Positions 1 to 7,283 of a stretch of DNA of 14,107 nt are shown here, piece by piece (within the stretch, counting starts at the first letter, position 1; each line of letters opens with the position of its first letter). Origin of the DNA: Candidatus Odinarchaeota archaeon. Lineage in GTDB: Archaea; Asgardarchaeota; Odinarchaeia; Odinarchaeales; Odinarchaeaceae. The stretch spans positions 30,268 through 44,374 of the forward strand of contig JAWBON010000002.1 of the NCBI GenBank assembly GCA_038826135.1. Direction: 5' to 3'. A program made the position numbers and the translations under genes. The notes under the pieces are model-generated. The model saw only the letters and a list, made by a program, of their open reading frames with translations. It made no database searches and had not been told where the DNA came from.

Positions 1-238
1 CTGTTGGAAGCTTCACTTCAACTTTTAATTCTTTAAGACCCTCTTTCCCTGCTAGTTGATTTAATAACTTGTAATGTATTTTGGCGTGTGTTTTCTCCTG
101 TTCCGCTGTTTTAATAAAAGCGTTTTCAGCCTCCGCGTATCCTTCTTTTCCAGCTATTTCCGCGAATAACATGTATTTGCTCCCCGCTACGCTCTCACCG
201 ATGAATGATTTAGCTAAATTTTTTAACGTTTCACTCAT
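1..238 (-). CDS. rbr: Rubrerythrin, N-terminal part (runs off the left edge of the window)
   Basis: Manual minus-strand translation from ATG at 238: MSETLKNLAKSFIGESVAGSKYMLFAEIAGKEGYAEAENAFIKTAEQEKTHAKIHYKLLNQLAGKEGLKELKVEVKLPT. Matches the rubrerythrin N-terminus (T-L-x-N-L, F-x-G-E-S, A-x-K-E-G-Y, T-A-E-x-E-x-x-H-A with diiron ligands E and ExxH). GAGG SD upstream. Absent from the ORF track because it is truncated. Confidence 0.88.
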   Translation of the reverse strand, partial: MSETLKNLAKSFIGESVAGSKYMLFAEIAGKEGYAEAENAFIKTAEQEKTHAKIHYKLLNQLAGKEGLKELKVEVKLPT

Positions 239-240
239 AA

Positions 241-315
241 ACGATCCTCGTAAGATTTTTAAGTTAATTTTATAAATTTAGGACGAATATTTAAGTATTA
301 TGTTACGAATATCGA
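241..315. promoter_or_regulatory. Divergent rbr/lrp promoter region with TATA-like elements and candidate Lrp-family operator boxes
   Basis: Palindromic TTTATAAA at 269-276; TTAAATA on the minus strand within 288-295; ACGA-tcc-TCGT at 241-251, GGACGA-ata-TTTA at 281-293, ACGA-ata-TCGA at 305-315. Confidence 0.5.
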
Positions 316-722
316 ACCTGAAAATAATATCCATACTCAAAAAAAATTCTAGAACACCCTTTGTTAAGATAGCTAAGGCGCTAAGTGTAAGCGAAGCTGC
401 TGTACGAAAATCTGTTAGAAAACTATTATCCACAGGTGTTATTAGAAAATTCACTATAGAGGTTGACTATAAGAAGATAGGTTTAACCGTTGAAGCTATA
501 ATAGGCATAGACACAACACCGGAATCGTATCTTCATAACATAGAAAATCTTAAAGCCTTCGAAGAAATTGAAAGCCTATACACGTCAACCGGCGATCATA
601 TGATAATCGCCAGATGCTTATTCGAAGACTCTGCAAAACTAGCCTCCTTCCTCAAGAAGGTTGAAACATTAAGCGGGGTTATTAAGGTATGCCCAGCAAT
701 AATACTGGAGAAAATTAAGTAG
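300..722 (+). CDS. lrpA: Lrp/AsnC family transcriptional regulator (LrpA-like)
   Basis: N-terminal HTH (ILKKNSRTPFVKIAKALSVSEAAVRKSVRKLLSTGVIRKFTI) and C-terminal RAM domain with TGDHMI and VxKVCPAIILEKIK, closely resembling Pyrococcus-type LrpA as recalled. Confidence 0.92.
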   Translation: MLRISNLKIISILKKNSRTPFVKIAKALSVSEAAVRKSVRKLLSTGVIRKFTIEVDYKKIGLTVEAIIGIDTTPESYLHNIENLKAFEEIESLYTSTGDHMIIARCLFEDSAKLASFLKKVETLSGVIKVCPAIILEKIK

Positions 723-738
723 GAAACGGTGCGCTGCT

Positions 739-1923
739 ATGAAAGTTAATCGGAGAGCAATAACCCCTTTTATAAGCATAATTCTTCTTATAAGTTTTAT
801 AGGCGGTTTAGTCATCAACATGCAGTATATTTCATGGGAGCTATTCGCTATTTCAACATTCGGAGTTTCAATGTCGGTTCTGGGTATAATCACAAGTTTA
901 GGCGAGCTCGGTTACAGTCTAATTCACCCTTTAACAGGTAAACTCTCCGATATAAGAGGCCGTAAAATTATTCTAGCTTTAAGCTCGATATTTTTTATTA
1001 TAGGCGCCTCCATGCTAGCTATAGTATTTAATTTTATATTTTTAATACCGGCTGTTATAATATTTAGAATAGGGTCAGCTATTTTCGATCCAGGTTTCTA
1101 CGCTGCTGTTGATGAAAGTGTTTTAGCTGAGAGAAGAGGCAGAGGATTCGGATTAAACTTCTCTATGAGAGTGGGTGGCGGTGTCTTAGCCGGTATTTTA
1201 GCCGGTTTAATAGGATTAAACCTCGGTTATCCGATATTATTTATCGTAATCGCTGGGATATCAGCCATATTATTACTGGTAGTTATCTTATTCAAACCAG
1301 CAAATAATCAATCAACTGATACAGTAAGCACTGTGAACTCTGTTTCAAAAGCGAAAATAGACGGGGATAACCGGATAAGGCTTAGAATATACGTAATCGG
1401 TGCGATGGATGCTTTCTCCTGGTCTATTTTCTATCCTATTTTCACAGGTATGCTAAATATTCATCTCCACCTTAACCTACTACAAATAGGTTTCGCAAAC
1501 AGTTTACAACTCTTATTAATGATGATTATTTTACCGTTATTCGGATTATTCTCTGATAGATACGGTAGGAAAAAATTTTTTATATTATCAGAGGGATTAG
1601 GCGTGTTCACAATCCTAGGATTTCTTTTTTCAACAAATTATACGAGTATTCTCCTTCTACAACTACCTATGGCCGCTGTTGGAGCCACATACGTGGTAAG
1701 CTTCTACCCTCTTTTAATGGATAACACTCCGTATACGCGGAGAGCTGAGATAGTAGGGTGGGCTACAGCTATAAGAGGTCTTACAGCCTTTCCAGCGCCT
1801 TTTATAGGAGGGTTAATATTCGATATTTTAGGGTATGAAGCAACTTTATTAACATCAACTATTCTAGTCGTGTTAACGCTTTCACTAATATTCTCACTCT
1901 TACCAGGTCGAGCTGTTAATTAA
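739..1923 (+). CDS. MFS transporter, substrate unknown
   Basis: 394 aa with about 12 hydrophobic segments and MFS motif A twice (GKLSDIRGRK, GLFSDRYGRK); GGTGC SD at 728-732. Confidence 0.92.
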   Translation: MKVNRRAITPFISIILLISFIGGLVINMQYISWELFAISTFGVSMSVLGIITSLGELGYSLIHPLTGKLSDIRGRKIILALSSIFFIIGASMLAIVFNFIFLIPAVIIFRIGSAIFDPGFYAAVDESVLAERRGRGFGLNFSMRVGGGVLAGILAGLIGLNLGYPILFIVIAGISAILLLVVILFKPANNQSTDTVSTVNSVSKAKIDGDNRIRLRIYVIGAMDAFSWSIFYPIFTGMLNIHLHLNLLQIGFANSLQLLLMMIILPLFGLFSDRYGRKKFFILSEGLGVFTILGFLFSTNYTSILLLQLPMAAVGATYVVSFYPLLMDNTPYTRRAEIVGWATAIRGLTAFPAPFIGGLIFDILGYEATLLTSTILVVLTLSLIFSLLPGRAVN

Positions 1924-1988
1924 TAACGTTTAAATATGGTTCAGTGTACTTTTTTGAATGCGATTCCGAGAATTAACGGGGTAATAAT

Positions 1989-2486
1989 ATGCCTGCTGCT
2001 AAAAATGTTGAAGCTGAGCTTGCACTGTCTAAAAACGTTAAGCACGTGGTCAGACTTGTGAAAACAGATCTCGACGGCACTAAAAAAGTAGCTTTCGCAC
2101 TACTTAAGATTCCAGGTATAAATATAAGGTTTGCGAACTCTATTCTGAGAGCCGCGCAAATAGACCCGAGTCTCAGACTAGGCGAGTTAAACGAATCCCA
2201 GATTCAGAAAATTGAGGAGATCCTTCAAAACCCTGTAAAACATAATATCCCATACTGGATGGTTAACAGAGTGAAAGACCCTCAGTCTGGTAAGCATATT
2301 CACATCTGCGGTTCAGATCTATTCTTAAAATTTAAAGAAGACATCGACACTATGAGGAGGATAAAATCCTGGAAGGGAATACGCCACGCGTTAAATCTTA
2401 AGGTAAGAGGCCAGCACACTAGAACCACTACAAGAGGCGGGGCTACAGTCGGAGTTAGCAGGAAGAAAGTAAAATCCGGAAGTTAA
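1989..2486 (+). CDS. rps13: 30S ribosomal protein S13 (uS13), archaeal type
   Basis: HVVRLVKTDLDGTKKVAFALLKIPGIN, IPYWMVNRVKDPQSG, WKGIRHALNLKVRGQHTRT, TVGVSRKK. Confidence 0.97.
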   Translation: MPAAKNVEAELALSKNVKHVVRLVKTDLDGTKKVAFALLKIPGINIRFANSILRAAQIDPSLRLGELNESQIQKIEEILQNPVKHNIPYWMVNRVKDPQSGKHIHICGSDLFLKFKEDIDTMRRIKSWKGIRHALNLKVRGQHTRTTTRGGATVGVSRKKVKSGS

Positions 2487-2496
2487 GGTGATGTTT

Positions 2497-3009
2497 TTGG
2501 GTGATCCTAGAAGACTGCATAAAAAATATTCGAAACCAGGTCATCCATGGCAAAAAGAAAGATTACAGGAAGAACTACCTTATATAGGTAAATACGGTTT
2601 GCGTAATAAAAAAGAGTTATGGAAGCTTAAAACACAGATCGGGCGATTCAGACAATTAGCTAGAACATTTCTCGGCGTTAAAACAGAGACAAGCGCCCGG
2701 CAGGAAGCAGTGCTGATTAAGAAACTAAACAGATTAGGGCTTATCCCTGAAAACGGTACTTTAGATGACGTGTTAAGTTTAACTGTTGAAGACCTTATGG
2801 AGAGGAGGCTTCAAACAATTGTTTTTAGGAAAGGTCTCGCTAATACTATATACCAGGCAAGGCAGCTTATAACACACGGGCATATAGCGATTAACAGTAA
2901 AGTTATAAAAAATCCCGGTTATATTGTTTCAATAACCGAGGAGCCTGGTATAAGTTACGCTTTAAACAGTCCTGTTAAAATTAAAGGCGATGCGAAAGCA
3001 TCAGCTTGA
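2497..3009 (+). CDS. rps4: 30S ribosomal protein S4 (uS4), archaeal type
   Basis: GDP..KKYSKPGHPW, YGLRNKKELWK, ERRLQTIVFRKGLANTIYQARQLITHGHIAI (S4 domain). TTG at 2497 preferred as start (gives canonical MGDP, GGTGA SD 5 nt upstream); ORF track starts at 2488. Confidence 0.96.
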   Translation: MGDPRRLHKKYSKPGHPWQKERLQEELPYIGKYGLRNKKELWKLKTQIGRFRQLARTFLGVKTETSARQEAVLIKKLNRLGLIPENGTLDDVLSLTVEDLMERRLQTIVFRKGLANTIYQARQLITHGHIAINSKVIKNPGYIVSITEEPGISYALNSPVKIKGDAKASA

Positions 3010-3032
3010 CATTTACTTAAAGGTGTTTAATG

Positions 3033-3539
3033 ATGAGTGAAGGTAAAGAAAACGTTAAAACAACTGGTGGGAAAACTCAGAAAACCCCCAGTAAAAATGT
3101 TAAAAAAGTTCAAAGTCAAACCAAAGCTGAGCCAGCTGAATCTAAAGCCCGGGAAAAACAGCTTTGGGGTATAGCTCACATATATAGTAGTTTCAACGAC
3201 ACAATAGTTCACATCACTGATTTAAGCGGCGCTGAAACAATAGCACGTTACAGCGGTGGTATGATAGTTAAAGCTGACAGAGAGGAGTCAAGCCCCTACG
3301 CTGCCATGCAAGCTGCTTTTAAAGCAGCTCAAGCTGCTAAAGATAAAGGAGTTATAGGAATCCATATTAAGGTAAGAGCTCCAGGAGGACGCAGCGCGGT
3401 AACACCAGGTCCGGGAGCGCAATCCGCTATAAGAGCTTTAGCGAGAGCTGGATTGAGGATAGGCCGAATAGAAGAGGATACACCTATCCCACATGATGGT
3501 ACACGTGTGAAAGGTGGGCGTAGAGGACGCAGGGTTTAA
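3033..3539 (+). CDS. rps11: 30S ribosomal protein S11 (uS11) with a long Lys-rich N-terminal extension
   Basis: [74 protein letters not shown]. Start at ATG 3033 or 3030; AGGTG SD at 3021-3025. Confidence 0.97.
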   Translation: MSEGKENVKTTGGKTQKTPSKNVKKVQSQTKAEPAESKAREKQLWGIAHIYSSFNDTIVHITDLSGAETIARYSGGMIVKADREESSPYAAMQAAFKAAQAAKDKGVIGIHIKVRAPGGRSAVTPGPGAQSAIRALARAGLRIGRIEEDTPIPHDGTRVKGGRRGRRV

Positions 3540-3567
3540 CCGTTTAAGCTGATTTTACAGCGTAATC

Positions 3568-3591
3568 GCCTGTTTTATTAATAGGCTTTTT
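3568..3591 (+). terminator. Hairpin plus T-tract after rps11, putative terminator
   Basis: GCCTGTT-ttatt-AATAGGC (7-bp stem, one G-U pair) at 3568-3586 followed by TTTTT at 3587-3591, 28 nt after the rps11 stop. Confidence 0.5.
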
Positions 3592-3607
3592 AAATAAAGA
3601 TTGTAGA

Positions 3608-4468
3608 GTGAATATGAAGAATTTGATTTTAAAACCAATACCCGGGCGGCCGGCGCTCCTGCTGGCTGGTAAAGAGCGTAGACTACTCTGCATAGCTGAT
3701 CTTCATCTAGGTATAGAGACTACGTTCATAGAGAGAGGTATTAACGTAACACCTCAAAGCGAATGGCTGGCAGAAAATATTCTCTCGATAGCTGAGAAAG
3801 TTAACGCGACAGAGCTGCTTATTGTAGGTGATCTTAAACATAATATTCCGATTAATACAGTTCTTGAAGCGATTCATATCCCCGAGTTCTTAAACGCGTT
3901 AGCTAGTAATCTTAAGGTTACCGTGATTCCTGGTAATCATGATACTGGTTTAAAGAAGATAATTCCTGGTAACATACACTTAGAGCGCTCAACCGGTATG
4001 ATAGTTAACTTAGAGGGTGTTAAAGTGGGGTTTGTACACGGGCATTCTAAACCATGCGCTCAAATTTTTAATACGGATATTTTAATAACAGCTCACACGC
4101 ATCCAGCTATTAGACTGATAGACCGATTATATAAAACATTTATAGAACCTGTCTGGGTTACAACCAAGCTTATTACAGCTAACTTAAAAAATTTAGTAGA
4201 TGACCTCCTGCTTCAAGATAATATAGTGAACACTAAAACCATTATAATGCCCGCTTTTAATCCTTTAATAACAGGCTCACCTGTGAACACGGGTAAAAAC
4301 AATCCTTTCTTAGGCCCTCTTCAGAAACCTCAATTCATAGATGTAAAAAACGCTGAAATACATATGCTAGATGGAACATACCTAGGTACATTAAAAGACT
4401 TGCCGGAGTTTAACGATTTCAAATTCAATTTTTCACTGAAGAATACTGCACGCATATCTGACTTCTAA
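3608..4468 (+). CDS. Calcineurin-like metallophosphoesterase (archaeal SbcD/Mre11-related, COG1407-like)
   Basis: All five motifs present: ADLHLG, GDLKH, GNHD, HGH, AHTHP, plus the family C-terminal IIMPAFNPL. Alternative start ATG 3614. Confidence 0.88.
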   Translation: MNMKNLILKPIPGRPALLLAGKERRLLCIADLHLGIETTFIERGINVTPQSEWLAENILSIAEKVNATELLIVGDLKHNIPINTVLEAIHIPEFLNALASNLKVTVIPGNHDTGLKKIIPGNIHLERSTGMIVNLEGVKVGFVHGHSKPCAQIFNTDILITAHTHPAIRLIDRLYKTFIEPVWVTTKLITANLKNLVDDLLLQDNIVNTKTIIMPAFNPLITGSPVNTGKNNPFLGPLQKPQFIDVKNAEIHMLDGTYLGTLKDLPEFNDFKFNFSLKNTARISDF

Positions 4469-4488
4469 TTTTACTGAACTGAATAAAA

Positions 4489-5733
4489 CTATTTTTTAAG
4501 AGCTTGGACAAGCAGTGGAAGAAACGCACCTACGTCGCTTACAACACCTATCGCCTGCTGTGTTCCGCGATCCATAAGCTTAGCTACAACCGCGGGGTTA
4601 ACATCCACGCATATTGTTTTAACCCATGAAGGTAGCATGTTACCAACAGCTATTGAATGAAGTGTGGTGGCTAACATTACAACAAGGTCAACATCTCTCA
4701 ACGTTTCCCTCATCTTATCCTGGGCTTCAATCGTGTTAGTTATAACTTCCGGCAGCGGGCCGTCATCTCTTATTGAACCGGCTAGTACAAAAGGTACACC
4801 TTTATTTATCAACTCGTACATGACGCCGTCTTTAACTAATCCTTTTTCAACAGCTCTTTTTATGGAGCCTGCTTTTCTAATCTCGTTTATGGTTACTAAG
4901 TGATGTCTATGCCCTCCCTCCATCGGCTGTGTTGTTTTGAGATTCACTCCCAGAGATGTCCCGAAGATCCCTGCTTCTAAATCATGTACCGCTAAGGCGT
5001 TACCAGCTAAAAGAGCGTTTACATAACCCATTTTTATTAATTCCGCTAAACACTCTCTTCCACCTGAATGGATAACCGCCGGCCCGGCTACGAATACTAT
5101 CTTACCGCCTTTCCTTTTTACATTAAGCATTTCCTCTCCAATAGCTTCAGCGTAAACTTTCACCGGCCGCTCGCTTGACACACTCGAGGTCATAAACTCG
5201 AATACGCCTCTTTTACGGGGTCTTTCAGGCGGCTTAACTCTTATCCCTTTAGTCCCGATAACAAACAACTCTCCCTTCTTAACCTTTGATAAAGGAACAC
5301 AATACGCGGCCCCGTCTTTTATCATGATGCCTTTATCCATCTCTATGTTTTTAACCTCAAGCCACTCCCCCTTGTACCTTACATAAGTCTTATGATGGGT
5401 TGTAGAGTAAAATCCGTCGGGGAAAACATTATCTGCTGGGGCTGGAGATAACTCCGCGTCTTCGAAGTCAGGTGATCTTGCACCGAATTTTTGAATAACG
5501 TCTAAAATATGCTGGAGTTCATCATTAGATTTCGCGAAAACTCTTATTGAAGCGTAAGATATATCCTCTTTTGTTCGACCAACTTTTAAATCTATAATTT
5601 CTATTTCTCCATCTAAATCATAAATAGTACCTAAGACTTGTGAAAAAATATTTGAGTCTAATAGATGCCCTTGCAGATTAACAATAGTGTCAAAAGGGTA
5701 TTTTTCAACATCTACACGTCTAGGCTCACCCAT
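4489..5733 (-). CDS. LOR/SDH conserved-domain protein (TIGR00300/COG1915-like), probable ornithine cyclodeaminase of the ArgZ/AgrE C-terminal type
   Basis: GHLLDS, PADNVFPDGFYSTTHHKT, F.FMTSSVSSER, GPAVIHSGG, LLAGNALAVHDLE, LAGSIRDDGPLP, ATTLHSIAVGNMLP, VDVNPAVVAKLMDRG. Start set at ATG 5733 (GGTGG SD 5 nt upstream); ORF track starts at 5742. Confidence 0.85.
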   Translation of the reverse strand: MGEPRRVDVEKYPFDTIVNLQGHLLDSNIFSQVLGTIYDLDGEIEIIDLKVGRTKEDISYASIRVFAKSNDELQHILDVIQKFGARSPDFEDAELSPAPADNVFPDGFYSTTHHKTYVRYKGEWLEVKNIEMDKGIMIKDGAAYCVPLSKVKKGELFVIGTKGIRVKPPERPRKRGVFEFMTSSVSSERPVKVYAEAIGEEMLNVKRKGGKIVFVAGPAVIHSGGRECLAELIKMGYVNALLAGNALAVHDLEAGIFGTSLGVNLKTTQPMEGGHRHHLVTINEIRKAGSIKRAVEKGLVKDGVMYELINKGVPFVLAGSIRDDGPLPEVITNTIEAQDKMRETLRDVDLVVMLATTLHSIAVGNMLPSWVKTICVDVNPAVVAKLMDRGTQQAIGVVSDVGAFLPLLVQALKK

Positions 5734-5821
5734 ACACTCCACCTACGCGTTAAATATTAGATTTCATTTTAATCACTATATTCCACTATCATTAAGAGGA
5801 ATCTATTTTTATAACTTGAAT

Positions 5822-7204
5822 TTAAGAGACCATAACCATGTAAATATCGTTTACATTTGTACCAGTGGGGCCTGTTATTATTTCATCCCCTACTATGTTA
5901 AAGAATGTATTGGTATTAAAACTTGAAAGATATGAATCCGGGTTTAAGCCAAGTTCACCCGCTTTTCTCAAAGTATATGTGTCTGATATAGCGCCTGCAG
6001 CTTTACTGTTACCGTCTAAACCATCAGTTCCCACGCAGCAAACCGTGATATTCTCTAAACTATTAATTTTCGTAATCGCGCTTAAAGTAACAGTCTGGTT
6101 GCGACCGCCTAAACCAGGTTCACCCTTTAACGTCACAGTTGTCTCCCCACCGCAAACTATCAAAGCGGGTTTTTGAACAGGTTTATCTGTTTCCGCTATT
6201 TCTTTAGCTATATTTATAAGAAATACACCTAACTCTCTGGCCTCCCCCTCCATTGTTGAAGATAGTAGAAGCGGGTTATAACCTGTTTTTTCAGCCAGGG
6301 AAACTATGTTATTTAAAGCTATTCTATTACTGCCGATAATTATGTTTTTTACATTTTTAAACACAGGATCTGATTCTTTAAGCGTTTCCGGTCTCAACCC
6401 GTTAACACCTTCATTCAAATACTTTATTATCGAAGCTGGGAGTCTATCTCTAATACTGTATTTATCAATCACGCTCAGGCAGTCTTTAAAAGTGGTTTGA
6501 TCAGGGGCTGTAGGACCCGCGCCTATTGTATCTATCCTATCCCCTACAACATCGGATATAATAAGGCTTATTATTTTTTTAGGATAGGCTCTCTTAGCCA
6601 GCCACCCGCCTGCTATACGCGATAAATGTTTCTTAATAGCATTCATCTCAATAATATTCGCTCCGGAGGATAGTAGAGTTTTATGAGTATCCTGAAGATC
6701 TTTTAATGCTATCCCTTCAGCTGGGTAAGTGATCAGCGCTGAACCGCCGCCTGTGATTAAACAGAGAATTAAATCTCGGTCATCTGCTTCATTGATTAGA
6801 TTAAAAATTCTCTCAGCAGCGTGAATACATCTATCATCCGGTATAGGATGAGAGCTCTCCAAGATTTTTATCTTTTTAGTTTTAAAATAGCCGGATGTCC
6901 CTGATAAAACTGCAACTATCCCCGCCTCTATGTGCTCCCCGATCTTCTCCTCTACGGCTTCAGCAAGATACCCGCTGCCTTTACCAGCGCCAACCACGTA
7001 TATCCTGCGCGCTTCACTTTTATTTATTCTAAACCCTGCGATGTTAATGTATTTACCATCAACGCTTATCTTATTCATAATAAGGCTTCTGGGGTGAACT
7101 GAATTTAACGCGCTTTCAACAATGTCTAACATCATCCTCCTTGCACGTCTCTGCTTGTCTGTGAGAGCGTTATTCACCAAGGTCTCCTTATTTTTAACGA
7201 TCAT
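5822..7204 (-). CDS. gck: Glycerate 2-kinase, MOFRL/class II family
   Basis: VVGAGKGS, CLITGGGSAL, ISDVVGD, GGETTV, GGRNQ, GTDGLDG, TGPTGTNVND; GAGGT SD upstream. Confidence 0.88.
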   Translation of the reverse strand: MIVKNKETLVNNALTDKQRRARRMMLDIVESALNSVHPRSLIMNKISVDGKYINIAGFRINKSEARRIYVVGAGKGSGYLAEAVEEKIGEHIEAGIVAVLSGTSGYFKTKKIKILESSHPIPDDRCIHAAERIFNLINEADDRDLILCLITGGGSALITYPAEGIALKDLQDTHKTLLSSGANIIEMNAIKKHLSRIAGGWLAKRAYPKKIISLIISDVVGDRIDTIGAGPTAPDQTTFKDCLSVIDKYSIRDRLPASIIKYLNEGVNGLRPETLKESDPVFKNVKNIIIGSNRIALNNIVSLAEKTGYNPLLLSSTMEGEARELGVFLINIAKEIAETDKPVQKPALIVCGGETTVTLKGEPGLGGRNQTVTLSAITKINSLENITVCCVGTDGLDGNSKAAGAISDTYTLRKAGELGLNPDSYLSSFNTNTFFNIVGDEIITGPTGTNVNDIYMVMVS

Positions 7205-7236
7205 TTTTAAACCTCATTTTACATTCACAGCGTTAA

Positions 7237-7283
7237 CTGGTTTTAAACATTTAACGCATTTTATAAGCGTGTTTTGAAACCAG
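7237..7283. repeat. Imperfect inverted repeat enclosing the probable glycerate kinase TATA box
   Basis: CTGGTTTTAAAC (7237-7248) pairs with GTTTTGAAACCAG (7271-7283; one G-T pair, one bulge); inner ACGC/GCGT (7254-7257/7267-7270) flanks ATTTTATAA (TTATAAAAT on the minus strand). Confidence 0.4.

Noticed and set aside
81-275. Plus-strand 64-aa ORF from the track
   Set aside because: Antisense shadow of the rubrerythrin gene on the minus strand; TTG start, no recognisable motif.
669-893. Minus-strand 74-aa ORF
   Set aside because: Overlaps two well-supported plus-strand genes (lrp, MFS); no motif.
1924-1988. tRNA often found upstream of archaeal rps13
   Set aside because: Gap is only 65 nt and AT-rich, with no cloverleaf or T-loop motif.
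3027-3212. Minus-strand 61-aa Phe-rich ORF
   Set aside because: Mirror of the Lys-rich (AAA) codons in the uS11 extension.
4664-6500. Plus-strand ORFs 4664-4903, 5687-5926, 5865-6176 and 6306-6500
   Set aside because: Antisense to the LOR/SDH and glycerate kinase genes; no family motifs or convincing SD.
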